A program made the translations under genes and the position numbers. Positions 34,936-48,648 of a DNA stretch of 64,000 nt are shown one piece after another. The first letter of the stretch is position 1. Each line of letters starts with the position of its first letter. The notes below the pieces were generated by a model that was not told the origin of the DNA, ran no database searches, and worked only from the letters and a program-made list of their open reading frames with translations. The DNA lies in contig CM060731.1 in the NCBI GenBank assembly GCA_030704615.1, forward strand, positions 31,496,001-31,560,000, in the 5' to 3' direction. The stretch is from Takakia lepidozioides. Its lineage: Eukaryota; Plantae; Bryophyta.

Positions 34936-35639
34936 TGGAGCATTATCTGCACATAACGCATTAAAGAGTCGTTCTTCTTCTGTTAGATAGCCATAAGGAT
35001 AGTTCTCACTTCTGTTAGTACCTGTTTCTTGCTCACTTGACGGAGTCTCATGCTTTATGTTGTTGTGTAGTTGTGCTGGAATAGCTAGTTCCACATTGGT
35101 GCCATCTGGATGTAGGAATAGTCGAGGATCGGTTTCGTATGACGCAACGTGTTCTCTTGTAGCAAAGATGACACAGACGTGCAAAGGCCAAACTTCTGTG
35201 TAGAGCTAGCTTAAACTGTTCAAATATGTCTTTTTAAATCAAAAGAGATCGTGAATGTCTGGATCCCTGCCATGATGAGTGCTCTTGTGCGTAAAATCCA
35301 CCACCGCAATCAATACATCAGCAGGGAAATTTATGAGACATTCCTTGAATTGTTTGTCTTCCCATCGAGCAGCAAATTGTGACGAATAAAATACTGGAGT
35401 TTAGGCTTCAAACACCAAATGCATTCATGGGGTGGCGTCCGCGTGTACAAGAGAAAAAACAACGACGCTACCGCGTGAGCGTGTGAGCATACGCTCACAC
35501 AACGATGACATGGCGTGAGCCTGGTCCAGGTCATGCCACGTCACCACAAAGAAGGTAAGCCTATAACCGTGGAGCCTCCAACTGCTGATTTCACCACATG
35601 AAGGTGAAACGGATGAAGGGTTTCGGCTTTCCTGGAGTT

Positions 35640-35873
35640 CAACCTTCTGTTAACAGGAGCTTCATTTCCTAGAACTGAAATGAACGTTGTGTTAACACGA
35701 GGTTGTTTTCCTGGAACAAAAATCAACTTTGTGTCAACACGAGGTTGATTTGAACATCTCCAAATCAACCTTGTGTTGACACGATGTTGTTTTCTTAGAA
35801 CTAAAATCAACCTTGTGTTGACACAAGGTGGATTTGGAGAACTTCAAGTCAACCTCGTGTTAACACGAGGTTG
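35640..35873. repeat. Six 24-bp palindromes (CAACCTTGYGTTRACRCRAGGTTG) at exact 42-bp period
   Basis: Copies start at 35640, 35682, 35724, 35766, 35808 and 35850. Confidence 0.9.
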
Positions 35874-36076
35874 ATTTGATCATCTGTATATCTGAAGGTA
35901 GTTTCTTGTGTTTGCTAATGAAAAGAGAATGACAAACCAATGCGACAAATGCGTTGATACACGCATAGCGAAGATGTTAGAGGACATACATTGAGAGACA
36001 CTGGACTTGAACAGTCATTCCATTACAAGTTGTAGTCAAGGAAAACACAGATTTCTTCATGTCAAGTGCATGTTGT

Positions 36077-39000
36077 CTATGGGCTTGTATCCCGCTGTAG
36101 AAGTGTGTTGACTTCGTTGAAACTCATAGTGGCTTGGTGAATGAAGAAGTCACGCTTTGGATCACAAACCATCATTCTCAAGAAGACAAAGTAAAGATGC
36201 TTGCACGGTATGAACTTCCCTCTTTTTCCCAAACTACTTGAAAGCATACCAACAAAATCAGGACAGGTACAATTGGGAAAATTGGAAACACTAATGTCGT
36301 ACGTCCTGTCCTGCAGCGCAGGTGCGGATGAGATCATGGTGAAGACCCGACCATACCCTGGATCAGGCACTTCCATTGTTCCCACAACACGAGCGTGAAG
36401 CATTCTCGCGGACGTGATTTTGCCGTAGTGTTCTGCGGTTGGAGGGAATCGTCGAACCAGCTTCCCATTCCGTCTGGTTGGCCACAGGTGAGCGTCAGGC
36501 GGAGGTACCCATGAACCGCTTGAACTTGAAGCACCTCCACGTGCAATGGAATGTCTGGCTAGGGAGAACCCCGCCTCTTCCAGCATTGCGATCTCTTGGT
36601 GAGTGAGACCTGTGCCCATCTTCACAGGCCACACGGTTGGTGGAGTAGGCTTCCTCACCACGGAGGGCCTCACTGTCCCATGCACACATCTCCCGCAATC
36701 GTCAGCGTAGAACCAGAACTTGTGGTTCTTTGCCTCCATAAGGAAGAAACAAACCAGTGAATGTAGGAGCTACAGTGCGTTCTTTGCCTCTGGATATTAA
36801 TGATGTACATTTTTCATGATTTGTGGCCCTGATTGCCGCGCATTTCACACGCGATCCAACTTGTGCGTTCTATATGCCAAACCTCGTCCAAGTACATCGA
36901 CTCCATTACATGCCGCACCACGTTCTGGTCTTCAACCATTGCAGTGACAGTGCTTGATGCAGGGGTCCGGTCTGGGGCTGAATGGCCCTCACCTGTGGAT
37001 GTTCCGCAATTCCATCTCTGATCCAAGGGAAAACGTGGCGTGGCGCTGACCCTGTCCGCCCTATGGGAATCTGCATCCTATCCGGGAGGGGTGTCCAATT
37101 TCCGTTTGCAAGACCCGAATCTCTCTTCGCCTACCAGATGGGGAACTCTACCCACGAGAGGGGTGCCATCTGCACATATGCTCAGTGCCCGTGCTATTTT
37201 GCTGGGATCCCCCGATCTTCTGGCTGCCTGCAACATCAACTTGCTCCTGTCCGGGCCTTTGCCACCAAGGCCACCCCTCAAGAATGACCTGTATCCTGGT
37301 TTGCTGCTGCAGAGCACGGATAAGGTCATCGGCCGTGGCCGCATACAAATCTCTTCCCTTTCCGCCGGATTGCTGCAACCAGGCATTGTGCACTGTCTCC
37401 GCTAGATTGCAAAAAGGCATGTCCGCCATCTCCTCAATGGACATATGCTGCATGGCAAAAAAACACAAAGCCGATATTAGGATGGGGACCCTGAAAGACA
37501 TATCCGAAGCACCCAAAGGAAGGTGGATGCAAACCGCTCACCGTTGTCATGGCCGCTCTCCACTGTCGGTAACGGAAGTGCCAAAATGTGAACCAGTCTT
37601 CCAATGCCCTCATGCTATCCTCCGATGCCGCTCCAGATGAGTATCACCAGGCACGAATTTTCTGGAACAATGTATTCGCTTCCCCCATAGTTTTGCCGTT
37701 TTTGTACTGTTTGCACAGTTGACGATGCATACTCTGCATATCTGGCTTGATGTCTGCCTTTGTGTGTTTGTCCAGGGATTGTGTCCAATGGAAAAGACCT
37801 CTCTTCCAGGCATTGGCACTTTTGGATCTCCCGTCCCGAACACAATGCGGACAACGTTGAAGTTCGCTTGAGCACTGTCGGCCATGAAACCAACAAAATT
37901 GGGAGATGGGAGACCATTGGAGGCCATAACATGAATGAGAGCTTCCCACATGAGCTGCTGTGAAACTATGTCCTCTGACTGCATGTCACACACTGCAATT
38001 GTTATGACACGCTGGTACACAGGGTCGTAAACATGACATGCCATTGTCGTCCAGTCTTTAACCCTCTTGACGTGATCGAACATAAGGAAGCAGTTGCCAA
38101 GATCGCCACCCTTTTGCATACGTTTAACCAGGCTGACTCCGCTGCCCTCACCTTTTGTGGACATTTTGAACATGAATACTTTCCTGGCTCTTTGTCCCGG
38201 AAAAACGTTGTCTTGGATGTAGTCGTACATGCTCCTTTTCTTCAAATCCATAATATTGTCCATATAACCTCGGCTCCCAGAGCCCATTCTTAAAGCGTTC
38301 ACCTGATTCCTAATGTTTGGAGAAGTCAATGTCGAGAAATGGTCCATAACAATGTCCAAAGCTAGTCCCTCCAGTTTTCCTCCACCCGAATCCAATGCAC
38401 ACAGAATACGGCTTTCCAGAAAGGACTTGCTCGCCCCCATGGCAATTGTTGTGAAAACCAAAATGGACACAGGCTCTAGTCAGGGTTTTGAATCGATGCA
38501 CCACATAGTACATTCTGGCGCCACACAATGCAAGGCAGCAAGGTGGTAGCCTACAAAACTTGCACACAAAAGTGTTATTGCATGGTGGTGTCACCCCAGG
38601 CTTGATTGGATTCTCAGTGACACCATCCCATTCGCTTTGGTTTTGCACACCTGACAGTGCGAAGTGTCTGCATTTCAGGTGCCCATTACAGACTGTTCTC
38701 CTGAATACGAGGTTGTCATGGTTGTGAATATTGGAGGTTTTTGTGCGGCACCAAGGGTGCCTATCGTGCTTTTTGTCCATTCCTTCCATGATACTGGAAA
38801 TGCCCCCCATGCGACCCGGAGGAGGCAGCTCGAAAACAACATTACCATCAAAAGATTCCGGCAAGAATGCCACCCTCTGAACATTGAAAGTGCTCTAGTC
38901 AATCCCCCTCAACTCACTCTTGAATCGTGTCATCCCACCCATGGCTTTCAGTTTGGGAATGACACTGGTGATCTCCTCTACATCTGCTTCCTGATGTGGA

Positions 39001-39374
39001 CATGGCTGATCCACGGGTGGTATTTCACAGGCGTCATCGGAGGATGAGTCCGAAAGCTCAACTACAGTGTCAACGGTACTTGACTCCTTCTTGACAACCA
39101 TGGGTGTTTTCTCCTGGGCCACTAATGCTGCCGTTCCAAGAGTAAGGAACGATCCTGCAGACTGTCTTCGAGGAGCACTGAGCACCCTGTATCTACCTGG
39201 AGGCACTCTCCATTGTGTGGTTGGTGCAGTATGCAAAGGTTTCTGGAACGCGTACTTGAGCAATTTTCCATTGGCATCGTACACTTCCCTCCCAAGGAAT
39301 AGAGTTCCATTTTGCACAGGGTGGTCATCACTGAAGAAGTCCGTGTCAAGGGAGCCCATGGCTTGGGAGGCCAT
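36077..39374 (-). pseudogene. MULE-type transposase with GCM/WRKY-like N-terminal domain, DDE core and SWIM finger
   Basis: DRHPWCRTKTS..CNGHLKC..CGARMYY..H.G.H; FLMFDHVKR; GFMADSAQA; LFHW; NLAETVH; CTCPDF..PCKHL. Several frameshifts. Confidence 0.85.
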
Positions 39375-40045
39375 CTGTCAATGTTGCTTCAAAGCGCACA
39401 GTTCTTAGTCCAATGTTGCTTCTGATTGCAGGTTGTACTAGAGTGGAATTTTTGGGCTGTATACAAGACGTCCTTACACACAATTGCAGGTGTCGCTCTC
39501 ACATGTAGGTCTCCTAACGCGGTTCGGCACATCAAATGTGTGGACATGCGAACCAAGTGAATGGTCACAGATTACCCAAATGCGGAGTGGATAATGTCAG
39601 CCCCAATTAAAGAATCCAACTGTTTTTTCACAGGTGTACCACCAGTGCCTTGGACAACGAATTCCACAATTTTGACTGATAGAGCCGCCATTTGGCTGTC
39701 ATGTCAGAGAGGCCATATGAGGTGTCCATTTCCATTCAATGTTAACGGCAACTGCACCGCTATACAACTGTACCAACTGCACATTCCTTTGAAACATCCC
39801 AAAAGCGGATACCCAATAATGAACTTTTGCGGATGAGAGGTCGACCTGAACGAATTTCGGTGGATGAGAAACAAATGATTTCCGGCGATATTCATAACGG
39901 ATAGTTGGACACGTGTCCGCCATGCATGTGGAATGAGCATGTGGCACTTAGGTCGTTTTGAGCGATCAGCTTGGCGTGGATGGCCTTGCGGTGAACCTCT
40001 CGTAGTGCATTTTTTTTCCTTCTTCTCCTTCTTCTCATTGCAACC

Positions 40046-43000
40046 TTGGATTCTGCAGAGTCGGTGATCCCATCCCGAGGGAGAAGAAAGCGTCGAAGAA
40101 CACTTTATTTCACATCAAACAAGCAAAGGGCACGCGCTAAGGAGAGGATGAGGAAGGCGAGACGGGAACTTAGAATGGGAGAAGAAACCTCCGTCGGAGA
40201 TGAGGACGAAGGGCAAAACCCGAGTCTACAACCACAGTTTGGAGAGGAAGGCCTTGAAGCGATTCCGGAGGCGACCGAAGAGCAACCTCCAATAGAGGGA
40301 GGGGAGGACGAGGAAGTCAGCTGGGCTCGGGAGGAAGCGGTGCGAGTGGAGGACCAGGTCATGAGAGAGCAGGGAGGAGAGAAGGACGCGGGAACGCTCC
40401 CGTCTACCGCTGTTTCCCACCACCGGGACCTGCTTGGCAGCATGCTGCCTCCAGACCTCACGCAGTTGAATGCCTTTGGAGCATCATCAAGTGCAAAGAA
40501 GAAACCAGAGGTGGTTATCAACCCTCTTTTGCCATTTTTTTTTTTTGGTCTGTTCCATGCTAAGCAGAGAGGTGACATCAACCTTGCGTCAACGCAAGGT
40601 TGATGTCGACCTCCAAAGTGTATGTTTGGGCACGAAACGAGGCAGATGCAACACTCGAATCAACCTTGCGTTGACGCGAGGTTGATTTGTGTGCCTCTTA
40701 TGTTCATTCCCACCTCCCGGATCTGCTTGGCAGCATGCTGCCTCCAGACCCCATGGAAAAGATGAATGCTCCCGATGCATCATCAAGTGCCAAGAAGTAA
40801 GCAAAGGTTGTAGTCTCTTTTTGTGTTTGTTGAACGCCAAACTGAGAGCTCGACATCCACCTTGCGTCAACGCAAAGTTGATCTCAACCTCTAAAGTGTA
40901 TGTTTATGAAGGTGAAACGAAGCAGATGCAACACTCGAATCAACCTTGCGTTGACGCGAGGCTGATTTGGATGCCTCTTCTGTTCATTCCCAACATCCAA
41001 AGTCCCGTGTCATGAACTGCAAGGTAGGGAAAGTTGATTATGTACAACCCCATCAATCAACCTTGCGTCAACACAAGGTTGATCCATGGGAGCTCAATCT
41101 GTCACTCACAGGGATATTCATTCTTTGCAGAGGAGAAGAAAAAGGAAATCCGTGGGGGGAGATGTGGCAGTGGCAGAAGGTGATGGTGAGGAAGACTCAT
41201 TTGAGGAACACTATGAAGATAAGGCCAAGGAGGTTATGGGTGGGTAGAAAGTGAACTCCTCGAAGGTGATTCTGTCGATGGAGGTTCCCGGCAGAAACCT
41301 AGTTACCCCACTATGCAGGATGATCTCTATGCCCGCGGTTCGACCTGCATTGAGGAACGACATCACGAAGTTGAAGAACGATTTTGTTCACGGCTATATT
41401 AAGGGATCTGCAGTGTTCTATGTATCCACTCCATGTGAGCATGGCACCTTACGCCGCGTAAGGTTCCTCCTCTCTCTCCTCCAGAGGAAGGCACCGCCAC
41501 ATTGTGAACACGAAAGGAGAGGAGTGTCTTGTAACAGAGGACATAGAGCAAAGTTGGGATGCATGCTGGCGGGATGTAAACAGGGAGTTCGAGTTTAAGC
41601 TGTCCAAAAAGGCTTCGACAAAAGCATTTTTGGGAAAGATGTTTTTTGTTTGGGATGGGAACCATAGACTGCTTGCCTGGATGGATTACATTTCAAGCTT
41701 ACACTCGGACGAGATCGAATGGCACTGGAGCGTGGTTTCCATGGTACTCGACCACAAAGGACGTGTCACGCAGCTCTTGACAGCCATGCATGACATAAAC
41801 AAGTAAGTTACCAATCTTGTTCCCACCCGATCTGCGTTTTCACAATTCGAAATCATCTTATGAGTTGAAGGTTTTTTCAGGTCCAATGAAACCTCCCATG
41901 TGACGACCAATCTCTGCCACACTCTATTCCGTATCCAGAAGATAGGGATGATGCCACTGGAGTCATTCACGAACGTGCTCAGTCCTCAGCAAATGAAGAG
42001 GTGTGCTGAAAAGAAGACAAGCACATGGTACAGCCTGACAAGGGAGGCTTTTCTTGACTACATGTACATGGTAAGCTTCTTTGTTTGTTGCTAGTGTAAA
42101 TTTTATCAAGAAACACCAGTGTTTGATCCTTTCTCCCTGTAATGTATGCAGCAAGAAATAACAGAGACTGGCTTGAAGGTGAAAGCAGAGTACTATGCTT
42201 CCACACAGAAGAGCAGAGGTCTGCAACTGGGCTTGAGGACATTATGAGATACGAGATGAACAATCAAAGGAAGAACCTCATGAGTGCGTTCAACAAACAA
42301 ATCCGCATAGCAGATCCAAGTCTTGGCACGGAATTTCTGGAGCAGGTGAAAGCACATTATGACAAGTATGGCTCCAAGCCAGAAATGACCCAAGAGAAAC
42401 TGCATCGCCTTTCCATATCAATGGTGGACAATGCAACCAAAATCAGGTGGTTGGAGATCTGGAATTCGGATCCACTTGTGAGAGACACCAACATGTTCCC
42501 AACTCCTGAGAGGGATTCGAAGACACAAGCAATAAAAGTTGTTAGCGACCACACATTCGACCAGTGGCTACACAAAGCAACCTTCTGGAGCCAGGTAAGG
42601 CATTCACAAAACCCTTTTCAAAGGATTGTGCACATTTGTACTCTCTCCCAAATTCTTATGATCTTTCTTGCTGCAGTTGGAAAATCGAGCGGTGGTTGCA
42701 CTTGGGGAGTCAATGGCAGACTACAAAATCCAGATGGCTTGCCCCCGGATCACACTGGAGGCCTATATCAGGAGATGGAAACTCGCTATCTGGAACAACT
42801 GCTTCTTCAGGGAGTTTGAGAGAGACAAAGGAATCTCCAGATCCTACGAATTCAAAAACCAATAGAACAGCGAGCAAGCAATGAAACGAGTGTTGTACAA
42901 GTGTGACCTCCAAGAAACAAATGTGGTACTAGAAGTGTATGTTTCAGTATTCTTGTGTCGTGTTTTCTATGGAGAATTATGAATATGCAGGTTTTGAGGG

Positions 43001-43971
43001 AGGTCTGAGGGCTCTGGACGTGCAGCCGAGCAACATTGTGTTAACGCAAGCTTGTATCCCGGCTGCCACGCCACTGTCTTGATCTTCATGTAGATGTGGT
43101 TTTGGTTTCACTTTCCTGTACCTGGGGTATCCAATGACGTCGTTTTCTGCATGTTAAAGTGCAAAAACCGCAAGGCAAATCAACCTTGCATCAACGCAAG
43201 GTTGATGAAGGGCCAGGCTATGTAGGTCTTCCTGTATTCTTGGACTGTTGTTTGCTGTCGTGTCCAGTTCCCCTGCTGCCAGGATGAACATAAAGTATGT
43301 TTGGAGTGAAATGCTGTTTAGTGCTTACACTGTACCACCAAACAGCCTTGCGTTGACGCAACGTTGTTTGACGGTATGGATTGCTAGAAATGTCCCGCAT
43401 AAATAGCCCGATTTCCATACAATTGTAGGAAAGTTAAAGTTATCAAATATCATGGACAGGTGTTTCCAGCAGAGGTACAAACAGATCTTCGGATGGTTGT
43501 TTTTTAGCATTGTTTTCCATTTCTTCTGTTCATGAAAACAACCTTGCGTTGACGCAATTTTGAATTCCGCTTGTCAATCAAGAAAAAGCTTCTTTCTCTC
43601 ATGCCTTTTTTTCGACATGATTGTTTGCATTGAAAAGTGCTAGAAGCTCTGTGAAATCATCGCAGGGAATGATCCGGTGTATAACTTGTCGGAATATGCA
43701 AAAGATGGGATAAGGGCTGCGATTGTTGCCCTAGATTTTGGTGACTTGAATAGGTGAGCATCTGACATTGATTCATTCACACATAATCTTGCATTTGCAT
43801 TACATTCATTTGCTCGAACTTGCATTCATTGCCTCCATATGCATGCAAAGTGAGACAAATAGTTTGGCCTATCTGAGCAGTAGGCCAGAATACTTGCAGT
43901 TTACTCTTCGAGATGTCAACGATGAAGCTCTGAAGAGGGACTTCGTTGCGAAAGTTCGGATAGCAGAATAG
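40046..43971 (+). pseudogene. Multi-exon transposon accessory gene with a ParB/Srx-like motif
   Basis: PLCRMISMPAVRP..GY..FYVS..FFVWDGNHRLLAW (DGNHR at 41654-41668). Canonical GT/AG junctions near 41803/41880, 42070/42151 and 42594/42676. Acidic N-terminus. Disrupted near 41430-41503. Confidence 0.65.
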
Positions 43972-45494
43972 AATATGTTTTGCATATTTTACAGCAGCCA
44001 TTATTTATGTAGGGGTCTTCTAGTGTGCCACAATGCTTTATCCATCAATGCATAAGTTTGCAGATGTAACAAAATAGGCCGTAGAAACTCCCAAGTCTTG
44101 GGCACAATCCTAGTCAGTTTTTTGTTCAAAGCAAGAACGATAAATGCGAGAATCCTGGGGCCACCCTGGAGGCTGATTAATTAGGGGAGGGGCTGACCAT
44201 GTGCATGGCAATCACTCTCCACAGATCAGTTTTATGGATGATGCACCCCACACTAGTTAGCATCCTCCGCTTTCTTGATGTTCGTTTGAGAAACGTCTCG
44301 CAAAATTGGAAGAACTGAAGCAACAACAGCAGGAAGATGGCTTCCATGAAAGCAGTGAACCGGCAACAGTAGGAAGAGATCTCCAGGAATACCAAAGATA
44401 TAGGAGCGCTGCACAAGATCAGACTCCGAGAAATCATCAAGAATGCATGAGGGATGGTTGCTGACATCTTGCAGAGGAGGTTAACGTAAAATAATTTCTA
44501 ATTCGTGTTTTTCCGTAGAAATCCATTTGCGTAGTCATTTGTTCCGTTTGTGCAAAGTGAACCTAAACCTTCTTATTTAGTTCATTGATTTGGTTTTGCA
44601 ATTGAACAATTTGTGTGGATTTGCGCCTCCCATCTTGCTCTAATGCTTCATAAACTTTAATCACAAAGAGAAATCAACAACAAGTTAGAGGTGCTCCCAG
44701 AGGCTCTCTGGGGCTCCTCTGGATGTGGTGGATTTTCTTCTTCTTACAAAACCCCAAACCTGGTAAAGTTGGCCTAATTTCCAAGCTTCCATATTGCAAA
44801 CATTGGCACAGTGGACATGACGGAGCTGAAGTTGAGGATGGATGTCATTAAATGACTAGGGTCTTGAGGTTGATGTTCAATATATAGCTGGATAGTATAT
44901 AGAGCATCATTAACTTAGGAAATGACATTGCTTGGGCACTTGTGGAATTAGAACTTTCTCTTTTTGTTGTATCAACCTATCACAAAATCTAGATCCAAAT
45001 ACCATTGGCGCGCTAACCGTTGAGATGAGCGAGACCACAACTGTTTTTGTACCCCCTTTACATATATTTATGACAACAAATTTTGATAGACCAAATGAGT
45101 GGTTATCCTTTGTTGGTGTACATTATACCCACCAAATGATGTGTTAATTCTCAACAACTAGTTGGAGGTGCATAATGACATATAACTACTGTACATAGAT
45201 AGTAGGATTTTTCTAATACTCGATCTTTCACTCTTTTCTAGTGTAAAATTCTAGAGAGTAGAAAACACAGAACAATAATAGAGATATAACACAAATGGAA
45301 CATTTATCTAGTGCTGACTGTAGTACTCTTTCCACACCCACGAAAGGGGCAGCCAAAAGGTATAGGGGCTCGTACACCGGCCTATATGACATCTTCTCTC
45401 TCTCCAATTAAGCTTGCAAGATTCAAAGGATCAGAAAAATTTGAAGTTGAATACACAATTGCTCATACCAGGTTTGCTGTAAAGGTATGTTTTA

Positions 45495-46390
45495 TCACAT
45501 TCTGGGGATCATGGGCTCAGAAAAATGTTCTAACACATATGCACAGAAAATTTGTGACATTTTTGCAACCAACATATCTATGTTATGTCGGTTATCCTCT
45601 ACATTATTTGCTGAGCTATTGTCAATCAGTAGACTTGTGTCATCAACATAAAGTGAGCTAGATTTTATGCTGCTAGGACCGCTGACAGAGTTTGGGATTT
45701 TCAACCCCACAATGTCAACTGTGTTAATCTCTAATGGCCTGGTGACCAAGACCATCAGTTGCAATGAGAGAAAGGAAGGGCGCTAGGGGAGAGCTCTGTC
45801 TGACGGAGTGAAATAGAGCAATGAGTTTTTTTAGAAATTTGGAAATAACATGAATTGCTACTGAGTTTTGCAAAAAATAACCATGTATTTTGTTCATTGA
45901 AATTTGGATAGAATCATCCTCCTCTATACTTTCATCCATTTCTATCATCCATATTTGGCAAATTCATCCATAATTTATTTTTTATTTGGAAAAGTTTGGC
46001 GATTTCATCCATTTAAAAACAGGAAATTTCTGATAGAATATTCCATTTTATTTCTTGAGGTCGAAATTTGGTGATTATTTGCCACTAAAAGAATGGCTGG
46101 AATAGAGGGAAGGAGAGATAAATAACTCCATTGACGATCACCTTGCTCGATGTTGAAGAAAGCAAAATATGAATCTAGGAGAGAAAGTTACCGTTGATGC
46201 GGCGTTTCTCTACGGCACCCAACAGAAAGTTCCAATCAATAGTATCAAATGTTTTTTCAAAATCTAGCATAAGTAATGCTAGCAGTTGATTGGAGAACGA
46301 CTTGGCATGATGTATGGCCTCGTTGGCCAACAAAATATTATCAAGGATCATCCAATTTTTGAGAACCCAGTTTGCTAACGTCAAAAACAT
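45495..46390 (-). pseudogene. L1-type LINE RT fragments
   Basis: ILDNILLANEAIH..LDFEKTFDTIDWNFL, VRQSSPLAPFL and SLYVDDT, interrupted by an AT-rich insert. Confidence 0.85.
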
Positions 46391-48648
46391 TTGCGTAACA
46401 TTTGCGTAACGTGGCTTGCACTAAGGCCTTTGGCTGTTTAGTTTAGGAAACAAGAAAACATGAAAATAAAAAATATAGGCGGCTCTTCAGCCTGGTATAA
46501 CTAGGGGTAGTATGTATGAGCGCTCACATTCAAACGGGCGGGTAGGTTGTTCTTGCCCGTTAGGGTTTCACGTGGCTGTGATGGTGGTGCACGTAACTGT
46601 ATCATTGTGGTCTGGACAAGCAGCAATGGATAATGATCTGCACAACAAGAAGTAGGCAATTGTTCCGGTGAAGAAGGGAGGAGCATTTCGCAGACTCCAT
46701 TTGATTATAGGTATGAGTCTCGAATGGCGGATGAAGTTGTTGTTTCTTCCACAATTCTGCTTGCTCTCGACTCCCGTACTAACGGGGCAGTTACATTACA
46801 ACCGAAGGGGTGAAGTGATGGCCAGGTTTTTGTATCCGCTTGAAGGTGGCCCAGTCGGGCTATCTTCCAACCCTGTCACTTCTGGCCTTCAAATTGCGGT
46901 GCACATTTTGGTTGTCCAATCTAATAAACCAACGAATTCCAACAACTCTTTGTTGGACGCGGGATACTTGGTGGGATGATAGACATGAAATTATCCGCGA
47001 CTGCTTCTAAGTGGAGCTTCACTGAAGATCGTAAGAGCTCAGCAACGTAGCTCTGTTTCAGCTTTGGCATGCTGGGAGGATCTGCGTGGTTAAAATCTGC
47101 GCTGGGCAAGGTACGGACACTATCACTCTGACTTTAAAAACTCTTCACTGGATGTAGCACGAGGAAAACTTCATGCGCTTGGAGAATATTCTGGGCAGTT
47201 GCTGACGCGATTACTCAGGTTCGGAGGAGCTGCAGTAGAAAGGTTCGATCACAGTAGCAAACACTAATTCTGCTTGTGCTGCCTTCAGGTCTTTTTGGAA
47301 GTGGTGTAAAAAGTCCATATATTTTTGTTCAGTTCGATAGGACCTTATATATTGCTATGGAGGATTGGAAATGTATGAAGCTGAAGTCGCACACGAAATA
47401 CTACACCGAGTCTTGTGCTTTTCAGGAGCCATGCATAACGAGTCATATAGGGCTTCCTATGGCTTGGTTCTTATCCTGGGGAAAAAATCTTGCACCCACA
47501 GCTACATGGGATCCTGCAAACCCCATGATTGCTCCATGAGTCCTTGTGCCACCGTAGCTCTCTCAATGCTAGCTCTAAAGAACTCTTGCTCGTCATATAG
47601 TAAGTTTGCCTCTACTATGGCCTATTTTTAGTGCTGCACCCTCTTAGATTCACAATGCAGCTCCCTTGCTGCGTCATAGGGTTTTAGTGCAAGGGCCTGT
47701 AATTGATCCCGCCCTTTACAAACACACATGCACTCTATATCAAGTCATTATCATTTTAACTCTCCAGCATGAAAATAGAGGCCACTCCCGAAAGGGAACA
47801 GTAGCCACAAGATGGAGTGGCTCTTAGTTACTCCGGCTTAGGCCGCAGTCCTGTCTCTCTCTCTCTCTCTCTCCAGCATGAAATACAAGTGAAGTATACG
47901 GAAGAGATCTCCCAAAGCGTAGCAGACATGTAGGGCTGTAGCAAAAGATGTAAGTGGAGTCTTCCAGGGTCCAATTTTGTTCCTTCGCAGCCTGGGAAAG
48001 TCTTAGTGAAGTAGCAATGAGTAACAGTAAGTATGCTGTCTTTCAAGCAACATATAAAATGCATAACCTCTGTCAGCATTTCTCCAAATGATGAGGGAGA
48101 TTGTGGATCAAAACTGTAGGAGGCTGCACTGGATTCATTCCACCCACCCAGCACCACTGACTGCCATGTTGCGCGTTGCTGGACTAAGTGGAGAGAGATG
48201 AGGGGTGGGAGGAGCAATGATGTTGTACTCAGAGGTATCTATTTTCTCGAGGAAGAAACACAACATCTCTGGACACAGGTATCCAAGCGAATGAAGGGTT
48301 TGAAGAAGAGATTAAGTGCAACTTAAGCCCAGCTTGTCCTGTTGAGGGCATATCACTTGATCTGTGGTAGGATGCAGCAACTCACTCATGGGGATATCCG
48401 ATGCAAGGGCCATGGTAGAAGGAAGGAAATATGAAAGTTATGCATCAGGACGATGCTCCTTGTGCCCCTCATTCTGGTGACCAGAGATTAATGGCAACAG
48501 CCCGGGGGTAAATCACCTTTGGGAGATTTGAGATCAAGTTGCAATGGAGCAAGGGAATGACAGATAAATCCAAACACGCAACGAAGTGTGAATTCCTCAA
48601 AAGAAAATGTACTGTGAACCTAGGGGACACTGAAAACTAAATGGAAGT

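Larger units (their letters stand above)
35542..44025. mobile_element. Mutator-like DNA transposon with transposase and a divergent accessory gene (boundaries tentative)
   Basis: The same 24-bp palindrome occurs throughout (15 copies). Candidate ends CACCACAAAGA / TCTTCTAGTG, flanked by TGCCACGT / TGCCACAA (6 of 8 matching, a possible TSD). Confidence 0.55.

Noticed and set aside
35640-35873. CRISPR array (24-bp palindromic repeats with spacers)
   Set aside because: The spacers are only 18 bp and related to each other, the repeats are degenerate and dispersed through a eukaryotic transposon, and there are no cas genes.
45176-45391. Short solo LTR (TGACATATA...TATATGACA with adjacent purine tract on the minus strand)
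   Set aside because: There is no TSD and no second copy in the window, so it is too weak to call.
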